Shown in pieces: positions 18,559 to 28,900 of a stretch of 64,000 bases of DNA. Every line of letters begins with the position of its first letter. The first letter of the stretch is position 1. A model generated the notes under the pieces. It saw only the letters and a program-made list of their open reading frames with translations. It was not told the DNA's origin and searched no databases. Made by a program: the position numbers and the translations under genes. The DNA lies in IMG/VR virus record IMGVR_UViG_3300046051_000044, positions 1,353 to 65,352 of that record, one strand, 5' to 3'. This DNA comes from a virus.

Positions 18559-20295
18559 TTAGCTCTGATCGTCGCCGCGCTGCTGCTGTACGGACGCGGC
18601 GACATCGGCGAGCGTGACGTCCGCAAGCGCGACGTCAGGGGGTGAGATCTCCGATCCATCGTCGCCCGAGCTGCCGTCGTCGCCGTCGTCGGCTTCATCG
18701 CTGCCGTCCGAGCCATCCGATCCATCCGGGGCGTCCGACCCGTCGCTCGGGTCGTCGTCCGCCCCACCGTACTCGGCGGGGTCGACTTCGTCGCCGTCGA
18801 CGAAGACGGTCGCGTCGCCGTTGAGTTCGAGCGCGGTGATCTCGCCGCTGAAGCGCCCCCCGTCGGTCCCCGACAAGACGACGCCATTCGCTTCGGCCGT
18901 CCCGAAGGTATCCTCCGAGTCGTTCGTCCCCTGCGCCGAATCGTGGGTCAACGACCCGTCGACGACGACGCGCCACGTCGCACGGCTGCCGGTCCCCTCG
19001 ATCTGGAACGTGTGCGGATAGGGGTTCGGTGCGGAGTCGGTGCTGTCGTCGCCGCTTGGAGTCTCGTCTGGCATGTCTGGATCGCTCTCGAAGGGCGTCG
19101 CTGCACGGGGGTCGTATTCGGTCGGTTGCTCGGCATCGCTCTCTTCGAGCCCGGTGACGGCCGTTCCATCCCCGGTATAGAGAGTCTCGCGTGCGATCTC
19201 GACGCAACAGTCCGTCAGCGTGCAGTGCTCGCGGCGATCGTGGTCGAAGACGTGCTCGACGCCGGCGGCCCCACTGATGTCGACGCTCGCCCAGTGGATG
19301 GCGCTGTCCTCGCCGTCGACCCACTCGTACTTGTCCGAGCCGTAGTCGGCGTTTTTGTGGATGAAGGGCCGGCCCTCATCGTGTTGGATGCGCGTGTCGC
19401 GGATCGTGACGTCGCCGCTCGTGAGATGTGTCCGGATCGACGTCGACGAGGTGTCCGTCGACCGGCAGATAAAGTCACAGTCCTCGATGACGGCGCCGGT
19501 CTGATTGTAATTGATTTGCGTCGCGACGAGACAGTCGTGGGCTGCGGTATACGTCCCCGAGTAGTGGTCGATCGCGTCGTGGTCCTGCACCGAGACGCAG
19601 TTCCGAACCGACGACTGCCCGCCGATCCGGAAGTTCGCCATCGCGTTATTTTTGTGATAGCAGCGGATGAAATGCGAGGCCGTACCGTGACCTTGCGTAT
19701 ACCACGGTACGTCGCCGGGTTCGAGTTCGATGTAATTGTCTCTGAAAAATAATTCTCCTTCGTGGTGGTAATCCACGATCCCCATTCCCTTCCCCACGAG
19801 ATGGGTCCCCATGTGAGCAGAGCCGATGCTTTCGACGCGCTCGACCCAGCCCGGCGCGTCGGCTTTGATCCGGACGTTGCATTTCCAGTCGTCGCCGGTC
19901 TCCTCGGCGGGCGTGAAGCCTGTCCAGCGGATGTCATGAACCCACAGTGGGCCTTTCGGCGCGAGATTGATCCCCGGGCCGCTGGTGTCTTCCCCCTCGC
20001 CGTAGTCGGCAACGAAGCCACCGACTTCGATGGGGCCGGGCGCGCCGAAGGCTTTGACGAGCCAGCGATGATTGCCGTCGGTTTCGACGACGCACTCGGC
20101 GCCACTGCCGAGGAGTCGATAGTGCGCGAGGTCGTTGTGCTGCTGATCGCTCGTCAGTCGATGTACCCCGGGCTGCAACTCGACGCGCGTATGACTCTCC
20201 AAGGGGATCGGCGCCCCTGGCTCGACGGTCACGGTATTCCGGATATCCCACTCGATCGTCTCGCGGGGGTCCGGGGCGGATACTGTGCTAGGCAT
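18559..20295 (-). CDS. Parallel beta-helix (pectin-lyase-like) protein with haloarchaeal surface-protein C-terminal domain; candidate depolymerase
   Basis: Beta-helix-like repeats (NNAMANFRIGGQSSVRNC, VIEDCDF, TIRDTRI); C-terminal TFQIEGTG...FSGEITALELNGDATVFVDGDEVDP domain and an Asp/Ser/Gly tail. Confidence 0.65.
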   Translation of the reverse strand: MPSTVSAPDPRETIEWDIRNTVTVEPGAPIPLESHTRVELQPGVHRLTSDQQHNDLAHYRLLGSGAECVVETDGNHRWLVKAFGAPGPIEVGGFVADYGEGEDTSGPGINLAPKGPLWVHDIRWTGFTPAEETGDDWKCNVRIKADAPGWVERVESIGSAHMGTHLVGKGMGIVDYHHEGELFFRDNYIELEPGDVPWYTQGHGTASHFIRCYHKNNAMANFRIGGQSSVRNCVSVQDHDAIDHYSGTYTAAHDCLVATQINYNQTGAVIEDCDFICRSTDTSSTSIRTHLTSGDVTIRDTRIQHDEGRPFIHKNADYGSDKYEWVDGEDSAIHWASVDISGAAGVEHVFDHDRREHCTLTDCCVEIARETLYTGDGTAVTGLEESDAEQPTEYDPRAATPFESDPDMPDETPSGDDSTDSAPNPYPHTFQIEGTGSRATWRVVVDGSLTHDSAQGTNDSEDTFGTAEANGVVLSGTDGGRFSGEITALELNGDATVFVDGDEVDPAEYGGADDDPSDGSDAPDGSDGSDGSDEADDGDDGSSGDDGSEISPPDVALADVTLADVAASVQQQRGDDQS

Positions 20296-20319
20296 ATGGC
20301 TGCTTGTGGGTTGGTTGCA

Positions 20320-21303
20320 TCACTCGCCGTGGCCGAGGCCACGGCCGTGGATTTCGATGATGCCGGTTGCGGCGCCGCCGCCGAAGATGTTGATGCGCGA
20401 GACCGCCGCCGAATCGACGGCGAAGCTCCCGCTCATCAGATAGTCGGGATCGTAGCCGACGCCGGGGTCACGCATCGAAATGTTGGGGTAGTGAAACCCG
20501 TTCGAGACGATCTCGCGGGGGCAAGAGATCACAAACTCCTGAACGCAAAAGCCCGCCCCGTCGGGATTGTTGGCGCCCGCGTCCGTCCCCATGAGTTTCC
20601 CCCATTCGGTCTGATCGGATGACGACCCCGACCCCGTGTTGTTGTTGGCGTCCCAACTGTCGTACTGATAGTTCGACGACGACGACCCGTTGACGCGGCA
20701 CCGGTTATAGTCCTCGGCGTCCGTATGCGACTCCTTGTAGGCGATGACGTAGTACTGCGCGTAGGTCTCGCCGAGCGCCCCTGTATCGAGCGTGAGCGGC
20801 GTCGTCGCGTCGGCGTCGTACGTGCTGGCGATGAGGACGCCCTGTCGCGGGGCGTGACCGAGCGGCCGGCGGTCGTCGACGTCCGTCACGCCGCTGCCGT
20901 CGTCGGCGACGTCGGCGATCGGGATCTTGGGGTCGGCGGCCGCAAACTCCGAGGCTGGCCCGAAGAGGAACGTGTCTGTCTGACTCTGGTCCTTACCGAG
21001 ATAGAGCGTCGTCGTCGTGCTAGTGCCGGCAAGCGTGTGCGTGTGCTCGGCGGCCGTGCTATCGTCCGATCCGAGCCAGGCGCCGCCGATAAAGCCCTCG
21101 AACGTGTCGATGCTGACGTCCAGCGATGTCGCCGACGTGGTGATCGCGGCGGCGTTCAGCGGTGCGCCAGCCAATCCTTCGTCGGAGGCGTTGATGTCCT
21201 CGTTTGCGGGGACGATCCAGTCGGCATCGGCCCACCGCGCGGTCGCCGAGAGGGACTCGTGCGTGACCTCGCGACTCGTTGACGGAGTTACAATGACTGT
21301 CAT
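20320..21303 (-). CDS. Tail fibre/baseplate protein (contains the protospacer of spacer 32)
   Basis: Position at the distal end of the tail operon; beta-rich. Confidence 0.6.
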   Translation of the reverse strand: MTVIVTPSTSREVTHESLSATARWADADWIVPANEDINASDEGLAGAPLNAAAITTSATSLDVSIDTFEGFIGGAWLGSDDSTAAEHTHTLAGTSTTTTLYLGKDQSQTDTFLFGPASEFAAADPKIPIADVADDGSGVTDVDDRRPLGHAPRQGVLIASTYDADATTPLTLDTGALGETYAQYYVIAYKESHTDAEDYNRCRVNGSSSSNYQYDSWDANNNTGSGSSSDQTEWGKLMGTDAGANNPDGAGFCVQEFVISCPREIVSNGFHYPNISMRDPGVGYDPDYLMSGSFAVDSAAVSRINIFGGGAATGIIEIHGRGLGHGE

Positions 21304-21848
21304 TAATTGTCGGAGTGGCTAACCGTGATATTTATCGACAACGCGAACGTTGAGTCCTTCGAATACGACTGGCTCAGCGCGGCGTGCTGATACATCTCGC
21401 CACCCTCGCTAAAAACGCCGATCTCGCTGAGGGTATTGCCGTTTTGCTCGTTCGAAGAAAGATATTCGTCGAAATTGGTGTCCTTACCCGACGACGAGAC
21501 GTCGGTGATGCGGAGGCGCTCGCCAACCTCGTTGTTCATCGCCGTGTCCGACGTCAAGAACGACGAGGTGTCGTCACCAAAGGCGATCTCGTTGGGAGGG
21601 TCGAGACGGTCGCCGTCGCCGGGCTCCAGCGTCAGGACCGTCGCGTAATACTCGTGGAGCGCGTCGCAGGTGACGTTCGCGACCCGCTCGACGGTCTCGG
21701 GCGCGGCGGCGTGCTCGCAGTAGCGCCGCCGGGTGTGCTTGGGCCAGTCGTCCCAGCCAGGATAGCGGTCCCGCAGCGCGTCGATGTCGTAGCGAGTGAT
21801 GCGGATGTTGGCATCACAGACGGTCGTGGGGGCAATGTCGACACTCAT
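21303..21848 (-). CDS. Tail-tip / fibre-attachment protein
   Basis: DTAMNNEV...NGNTLSEIGVFSEGG...SYSKDS pattern typical of baseplate/fibre N-terminal domains. Confidence 0.6.
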   Translation of the reverse strand: MSVDIAPTTVCDANIRITRYDIDALRDRYPGWDDWPKHTRRRYCEHAAAPETVERVANVTCDALHEYYATVLTLEPGDGDRLDPPNEIAFGDDTSSFLTSDTAMNNEVGERLRITDVSSSGKDTNFDEYLSSNEQNGNTLSEIGVFSEGGEMYQHAALSQSYSKDSTFALSINITVSHSDN

Positions 21849-22066
21849 GCAAATTCGGATTTGTTGAAATCATCGCCGGAATTGAACGACGCTACGGGGT
21901 CGGTGATCGTCGTCTCCGAGACACTATCCGAGGCACCGACTCCCTCATCGGGGACGTTCTCGACACGACGCTCGGGGGCATCGGGCGGCCGGCCCTGTTC
22001 GACGTCGGTGACGCGCTGCTCGAGTTGCTGGATGAGCCGGGCGACCCGGCGGGCTGAGTGAGTCAT
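21845..22066 (-). CDS. Small tail-associated protein
   Basis: 73 aa, coupled within the operon. Confidence 0.55.
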   Translation of the reverse strand: MTHSARRVARLIQQLEQRVTDVEQGRPPDAPERRVENVPDEGVGASDSVSETTITDPVASFNSGDDFNKSEFA

Positions 22067-22089
22067 CTTGATAGGTCGGGCTGAGCGCG

Positions 22090-23613
22090 TCAGGCGAACC
22101 GGGCGACCGACTTCAGTTCCACCTCAGTTTTGAGCGTCGCGCCGTCGTAGGCGTGGTCGATCCCGGTGGCGACGTAGTCGCCCTCGGCGCGGAGCCAGTC
22201 ATACTCAAGCGTGATGACGTCGGCGACGCTCAACGCGTGGGCGCGACGCGACGCGGCGCCGGCCGGCCCGTATTCTAGTTTGGGCTGTGATCGGCGGTCG
22301 AGTTCCGCGCGGGCGCGATTGCGGGCGGCATCGAACGACCGGAGATTGTCGTCGGCGATCGTCGTGTCATGCGCCCGGTAGGCGGTCTCCGACCGGGCGG
22401 CTGAGAGCGCGACGATGACGGGTTTGCTGAAGTGCACTTTATACGCGGGCTCACCCGTGCTGCTGTTCTGGCCGACCGTCTGGCCGTCGCTGCCGGTCGC
22501 GTCGACGATGAGATGCGGGCTGTCGTTGGGGCCGAGGATGTGCTCCCCGAGCTGGAAGGTGAGCCAGCCGTCATAGCCGTCCGGAACGGCCTGGGACTGG
22601 CTCGCCAGATCAGAGTCGGTATCGCCTGGCGCGACGGGGTTCCCCGCGCCATCGTCGCTTTGCAAGCGCACGCGAAGGTTGTCGTCGCTGCCGGCGTTCT
22701 TGATCGCATAGACTTCGACGCGGGGGTGTTCGGGCTTGCGCGAGGAGATGCGGGTCGTCAGGCGCGTCGTGTCGGTGACGGTCGTGCTCGTGTCGTGCGT
22801 GGTCTGCTCGTCGTCGACGTTCTGCGGGTCGACGCCCCCCTCGGCGCGCACCTCGTTGACGAGATCGCCCGCATCCGAGGCGTGTTCGAATCCGCCCGCG
22901 AAGTCCGCCCGGTCCGCGTCGGCCGTCCACTGCGGGGCAAGATCCGACAGCGACTGCATCGTCAGCGCCTCGTCGACGGCCCCTAGGATCCATGACTCGC
23001 CGGTCGCGTCGTGGGCGAGGCGGGCGAGATCGGCGACGGCCTTGTTCGCTCTCTTCTTGTCGATCGAGTAGTCGACCGTCGCCGCGATTGTCGGGAGCTG
23101 TGAGCGGTCGACATCGGGGACGGATTCCCGGAGGACGGTATCGAGATGGGCGTCGGCCGACCCCGCAATCGGCGCGTCGAGTGCGGCGTATTCGTTGACC
23201 GTTCGGGCTCGTAGCCTGTTGAACACGAACTGCTCGACGTCGAGCGTGAGTGTCGATACTGAGCGCGCCCCCGAGACCGTCCAGTCGGTGACGATCAGCG
23301 TGGGGTCGACCGTCCAGGTGCCAGTGCCGAGCCCGCCGGCGCCGAACGGTGCCTCGCCGAAGGCGAATGAGCGCCCGCCGCCGGCCCAGGCGACGCGGAA
23401 CTCGAGTTTGTCGCCGACATCGATGGCGGGCGCCCCACTCGTATAGGCCCCATCGGCGTTGTCGATGGTGATCGAGCCCTGGGCGACGTCGCGGCCCGCC
23501 CGCTCGGCGACGCTCGCCGAGATGATGTCCTCGCCAGGGACGCGACCGTCGGCGATGCGCGCCGTACTCCCCGGCGCCGTGACCAAGAGTTCGGCGTCGA
23601 TAGTGTGGAGCAT
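22090..23613 (-). CDS. Baseplate hub/tail-tip protein (contains the protospacer of spacer 36)
   Basis: 507 aa; C-terminal ARNRARAELDRRS...VADVITLEY...ATGIDH pattern of hub proteins. Confidence 0.65.
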   Translation of the reverse strand: MLHTIDAELLVTAPGSTARIADGRVPGEDIISASVAERAGRDVAQGSITIDNADGAYTSGAPAIDVGDKLEFRVAWAGGGRSFAFGEAPFGAGGLGTGTWTVDPTLIVTDWTVSGARSVSTLTLDVEQFVFNRLRARTVNEYAALDAPIAGSADAHLDTVLRESVPDVDRSQLPTIAATVDYSIDKKRANKAVADLARLAHDATGESWILGAVDEALTMQSLSDLAPQWTADADRADFAGGFEHASDAGDLVNEVRAEGGVDPQNVDDEQTTHDTSTTVTDTTRLTTRISSRKPEHPRVEVYAIKNAGSDDNLRVRLQSDDGAGNPVAPGDTDSDLASQSQAVPDGYDGWLTFQLGEHILGPNDSPHLIVDATGSDGQTVGQNSSTGEPAYKVHFSKPVIVALSAARSETAYRAHDTTIADDNLRSFDAARNRARAELDRRSQPKLEYGPAGAASRRAHALSVADVITLEYDWLRAEGDYVATGIDHAYDGATLKTEVELKSVARFA

Positions 23614-23916
23614 CTATCCTCGCTGGTAGGACTGGGCAACGTCGTCGGTCGTCACGGAGGCGGCGTCGGTGGCGTGTGATTGGGCCTGGCTCGTCGAGAG
23701 TTCGGAGACGTCGGATTGCGATGCGAGGTCGGCGAGTGCCGTCTCGGAGCCACGCACCCACGCCACCCACTGCGGCGAGACAGCACCCCGGAAGCCAGCG
23801 TAGCCGGCGATACCGCCAATCTCTTTGACGTAGTCCGGCCGGCGAACCGCGTCGGCGCCAGTCTGGTCGATGGTCTCAGGGATGCGATACCAGCCGGCCG
23901 TGAGTGCCGTGCTCAT
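23614..23916 (-). CDS. Small virion-associated protein
   Basis: Probable start 23916; operon position. Confidence 0.55.
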   Translation of the reverse strand: MSTALTAGWYRIPETIDQTGADAVRRPDYVKEIGGIAGYAGFRGAVSPQWVAWVRGSETALADLASQSDVSELSTSQAQSHATDAASVTTDDVAQSYQRG

Positions 23917-24569
23917 AGGAGATACCAGTCGTCGAAGTGGCAATCATCCGACGAAGTGGCGTTGTTCCGCCGGCGGAAGCCGATGCCTGTTGCGGTCGCG
24001 TGATCGGCGTCGTTGGCCGAGAGCGTCGTGATGGTCGACCCATCGGTCGTATCGACGTACTCGACGGTGATGTCGTTGTCCGCGCCGCCGAGCGTCCCGT
24101 CGTCCCACGTGACGGTCACTTCGATCCAGTCGCCCGTCGGCGGCGTGACGTTCGTAAACGCCAGTCCTTCGACGCCGTTGGCGTCCGTCGTCTTGTTGAT
24201 GACGGCCTGATCGTTATTTGAGTCGATGTAAGTGAAGTAGTTGGAGTTGCCGTCAGCCACGCCGAAATAAAAGTACGCCCGGATGTCGAGGTCGAGATGG
24301 AGGTACCCTCGGGCCCGATTGCCCTTGGCGAAGTAGTTGTCGAGGCCGCTCTGTGAGAGAATCCGGCCGTTCGTGTCGCCGCTGAGGATGTAACTCCCGT
24401 CTTGGGGGGTCGGCGATGTCGAGAAACTGTAGTCGGCCGTCTCACCCGTGTACTCACTCAGATCCTGGTCCTCGAAGGAGTCGATGACGGCTTTCGACGC
24501 AACCACTGTCTGGGCGACGCCCCCCGACGTGAGGACGGCGCCCGTCTGTGTCTGTCGAACGCCTGGCAT
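23913..24569 (-). CDS. Virion protein, lectin/LamG-like beta sandwich
   Basis: IDSFEDQDLSEY N-terminus; GDWIEVTVTWDDG...GIGF...FDDWYL beta-sandwich pattern. Confidence 0.55.
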   Translation of the reverse strand: MPGVRQTQTGAVLTSGGVAQTVVASKAVIDSFEDQDLSEYTGETADYSFSTSPTPQDGSYILSGDTNGRILSQSGLDNYFAKGNRARGYLHLDLDIRAYFYFGVADGNSNYFTYIDSNNDQAVINKTTDANGVEGLAFTNVTPPTGDWIEVTVTWDDGTLGGADNDITVEYVDTTDGSTITTLSANDADHATATGIGFRRRNNATSSDDCHFDDWYLL

Positions 24570-24575
24570 GGATGA

Positions 24576-25919
24576 TTAGTCGATGTAGCCGCGGACGACC
24601 GGCGTCGCGTCGATCGGGCCGCCGGTCGCATTGGCGACCCGCACGAGGACGGTGTTCCCCGCGCCGGCCGTGTACGTCGTCCGGTCGGTACTGCCGAGTG
24701 TCACGGACGCCAGCTCCGTCGCCGCGCCGGCGTCGTAGATATCCAGATCCGCCGACGTGGAGCCCCCGCCGCCTTTCTGGTGGAAGGCAAGCGCCTCAAC
24801 GGTGACCGCGCCCGTCCCCGGAACGATCCGCATGACCTCCTCGTCGGCGAGGCCGTCGGCCCACTCGGTGTGGCCGGGGCTGTAGTTGAGGCGTTCCTGC
24901 ACCTCGAGATTGTCCGCCCCGTCGTCGACGAGGCCAGCCCCCGCGAAATCCGTCGGCTCGACGGTGAGGTTATCTGACCCGTCGGTCTTGACGCCCGTGC
25001 CGAGATTGACCTGGAGGTTGTCGACGCCGTCATCGGAGAGGCCCGTCCCGGCGAAGTGTGCCGGCTCGACTTTGATATTGCCCGCGCCGTCGTCTTTGAC
25101 CCCATTGCCGAGGTCGACCTGGAGCGCGCCGTTGGCATCCGTCGAGAGAAACGTCCCGATGTTGACCTCGAAATTGTCCGCCCCGTCATCGGCGAGGGCC
25201 GTCCCCGCGAAGTCCGTCGGCTCGACCGTGAGCGTGTTGGAGCCGTCGTCTTTGAGCCCCGCGCCAGCAATGGCGGCCACGTCCAACCGGGTGTCCGCCG
25301 TCGTCCGCCAACCCGTAGCATCCGACTCAAGTGCAACCCCGCGCTCGGTGGTGATCGTCTTGTCTGCCGTCGACCCGTCGATGGTCGACTGGACGGTATT
25401 CCCGTTCGAATCCGTCGTATCGGTCTGTGAGAGTGTGACGGTATTCGTCGCGTCGACAACGACGACGCGGACGTCCTGCCCGCCGGTCGGCTCGGGGAGC
25501 GTGACGGTGACGGCCGCCCCACTCGCATCGACCCACACCGACTCCCCATTGCTGATGGCATAGGGCGAGTCGGTATCGTCGATCGCGGTCTGGAGGGCGA
25601 CGTCGCCGACCTTGTGCCACGCAGCGTCGTCGTTGTAGGACAGATAGACTTGCCCGCCATCGTCGCCGCCGTCGGTCACGACATAAAATCGGGGGGCGTC
25701 CGCCCCCGCCGCCGACCGGCCGCCGAGCGTCCCCGCGTCGACGAGCTTGCCGTCGAGGTACTTGTCGTCTAACGCCCATGTCTGCAATGCGTCCCCCCAG
25801 TTGACCGCCGACGGGTCGGCGATCGTTACGGCCTTTGTCTCGCCATCGGCTGGCTCATCCTGTCCATCTCCCGGCGTCGGGATCGAATGTCGTGCGGAAA
25901 ACCGTCCTGGGCTTGTCAT
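24576..25919 (-). CDS. Tail fibre with beta-spiral-like shaft repeats (contains the protospacer of spacer 23)
   Basis: Seven 16-19 aa repeats of G(A/T)G(L/V)xDDGxxNLxV. Confidence 0.75.
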   Translation of the reverse strand: MTSPGRFSARHSIPTPGDGQDEPADGETKAVTIADPSAVNWGDALQTWALDDKYLDGKLVDAGTLGGRSAAGADAPRFYVVTDGGDDGGQVYLSYNDDAAWHKVGDVALQTAIDDTDSPYAISNGESVWVDASGAAVTVTLPEPTGGQDVRVVVVDATNTVTLSQTDTTDSNGNTVQSTIDGSTADKTITTERGVALESDATGWRTTADTRLDVAAIAGAGLKDDGSNTLTVEPTDFAGTALADDGADNFEVNIGTFLSTDANGALQVDLGNGVKDDGAGNIKVEPAHFAGTGLSDDGVDNLQVNLGTGVKTDGSDNLTVEPTDFAGAGLVDDGADNLEVQERLNYSPGHTEWADGLADEEVMRIVPGTGAVTVEALAFHQKGGGGSTSADLDIYDAGAATELASVTLGSTDRTTYTAGAGNTVLVRVANATGGPIDATPVVRGYID

Positions 25920-25924
25920 CTGTC

Positions 25925-28900
25925 TTACAAGTGTGCGTTAAGCTCGTCGTAGATCGCTTCGGCCGTGTCGTCCGCGTCCTCGACGCCGTGGAATTCGTTG
26001 TTTTTCACGACGATCTGCGGGGTGGCCCCGCCGCCACCCGTGTCGGCGGTAACTTGCTCAAGCGCGCCGGAGAGTGCGCCCGCGAGGACGTCCTCGCCCT
26101 CGGCGTTCAGCGGGATGACGGCCTCGTCGTCGCCCGCCTCGCCGATGACGGCGGTCGTCGGTTCGGTGACGATGCCGCCGTGGGCGAAGCCCTTGGTCGC
26201 GCCACTCGGCCCGTCGACACCGTCGCCGTTGGCCGCGTCCCGACGGTTCCGGTCGGCCCGCGCCGCCGCTTGGGCCGCCGAGTCGGCCGCCGACTTCGCA
26301 CTCGACAGTGCGTCGGAGGCCTGACCCGCCGCGCTTTCGGCGGCGCCGATGATCGACGACGCGATGCTTTTGACGGTCGACAGCGCGCTCTCGAACGCCG
26401 AGACGACGTCGCCAAGGAACGATTCAGCCTCCGAGACGACATTGCTGCCGAACGTTGACCAGTCGTCCAAGAAGCCTGAGACAAACGACGACAGGGCCGA
26501 CCGGATGTCGGAGAACATCGTCCCGATGATCCCGCCGCTCCCGCCGCCGATGAGTTGCGACGCCAAGTTCGTGGCGGCGCTGATGACGGCGTCGATAAAG
26601 CTTGACTGGAAGAACGAGAGGAACGACGAGACCCACGACTCGGTGAAACTCCGAATCGCGCTAAACATCTCAGGGATGATCGACCCGCCGATGAGCGTCT
26701 GACGGAGGAATTCAAAGAATTCGATGAAGTTCTGTATGAACTCATTCCGTAGCCAGTCCAGAAAGCCACTGCCCCACTTCTGTGCGAAGTTGAGAATACC
26801 GTCGAACGTCCGTTTATAGAACTCGGCGACGGCCGTCCACGCCTCTTGCCAGTCACCCTGGATGACGTTAAGCGTGACGCGAATCGCCGTCGCAATCGCA
26901 TCCAGCGTCGTGTTCAGGAACGAGCCGATGGTATCAAAGGCGAATCTGACGATGGTGACGACTTCGTCGCCCCACGCCCGCCACAGTCCCGCGATGACCG
27001 TCAGCGCCGGGCCGATAATCGTCTTGATGACGTTCATCGTCGTCCGCAGGCGATCCGTCAGGACGTTGTAGGTCTCGACGACTTCGCGGAGAATCGCCGC
27101 GCCGTGCGTCTGCCACAGTTGGAGAATTGAGCCGAGAATCGGCTGGACGACGCTCGTTCGGAGTTCCGCAAGGACATTTCGAATGACTGTCAGGACTTGT
27201 GTGAAGATACGGCGGGCGTCCGCGACGAGGGGTTGGATCTGCGTAGTCCAGACCTGCCGGACGCGCGTGAGTTCCCGCTCGGTGACGGTCCGGATGTTGA
27301 GGATGTTGTTCGTCCAGACCGTATTCAGCGCCGTAATCGCGCCGGCGGCCGTCGTCGTTGGCGTCGTTAATCCTGCGATGGCGACGCCGACTTTTCCGAG
27401 CGTCTGGATCGTCGGCCGGCCCTGCGCGTCGAGATAGCCGAGTTTCTGCCCGAGCGTCTGGATCGGCTGGAGGAGTGGCCTGATTGCGCCGAGGACGGCC
27501 TGGCGGTGTTGCTGCCACAACTGCGCCATCTGGCCCAGTGCATCGCGGACGATGCCCTCGACTGTGCCGAGGGCATCGCGGAAGGGTTTCGGAAGTCGTT
27601 GCCGGAGCGTGCCGGGCACCTGGACGAACGCCGAGAGGCCTTGCTGGAGTGGTTGCTTGAGTGCCGCGAGCCCCTGCGAGACGGCTTGCCTCGCCCGGTC
27701 GAACATCAGCGAAAACATCCGGGCGAATGCCCCGATGTTGCCCTCAACGGCAGCGTTGAGCGCGGAGAGGCCGAGGGCGAGGACGTCCTTCATCGTCGCC
27801 ATCGCATCGCGGAGCGGTTGCGGGAGGCGCTTGGCCTGGGCTGCGACGGTGGTCTGGAGTCCGATGAGCCCCTGTTTGACGACGGGTTTGATCGCTGTGA
27901 GCCCGGTCGCGACGGCCTGCTTCGCCTGGCCGACCATCATCGTGAACTTCTGGGCGAACGCGTTGGCATTCCCCGCAATAAGTGCATTCAGTGCAGACAG
28001 CCCCTGCCCGAGTGCACCCTCTACCGCAGTCATGAATTGGGTGACAGAGGCGGTGACGCGCTGGCCGTGGGCCGCCCAGGCGGCTTCGAGTTGTCGGAGG
28101 GCTCCCCGAATCGCTTGGAAGGCCGACGTCATGCGCGCGATGAGTCGGTCGGTGACAAGGGCGATCACAGGTTCGAGCGCAGCTTCGACGCGAGCCTTGA
28201 ATCGGTCGAAGGCATCCCCCGCCGCCGCGACGGCCGGGCCGAAGACCTCGCGGAACGTGGTCGCCGTCGCCGCGGCCTGCTGGCGCGTGTAGAGAAGGAC
28301 GGCCTCCACCATCGTTCGGATCCCGGCGAAATTAGTCTTGAACGCCGCTGCCAGTCCGAGAACGGCACTCGTGAGAGCTGCCGCAGGCGCGAGGACAGCA
28401 CTCGTCGCGCCAGCCATCGCCGTCAGCGCCGGCGTGGCCGCAGAAATGGCCGGGTAGAGCCCAACGAACGCCGTTGCCAGCCCGCCGACGACGCCGACGA
28501 GGCCAGCGATGACGCCCGCCATGCCGTTGGTCGCAGAGTTGAGGTCAGCGAAGCGGTCGACCAGTCCACGGAGCGCGCGGATGGCGTCCGTCACATACGG
28601 CAAGAACACGTCGCCAGTCTGGATCGCAACCGCGAGAATCGACGATTTGAGTTGTTTGGCCTGCTTCTTGGCCGTATCCATCGCCGCCTCGAACTCGCGT
28701 TGGAGCGAGGCGTTCTCCTTGAAGGCCGTCTTGGAGGCATCCAGGTTCTGATTGAGCGTATCCATGTTCGTCGACAGGTTGGTCAACGCCTGTCGCGAGA
28801 ACGAAGTGAGCGTCGAGCGAAGCCCCTCGGCATTTACTCCCCCTTCCTTCATCGTCGTCGCCATCCGCTTGATGACCTCGACCGGGGAATTGTCCCGCAT

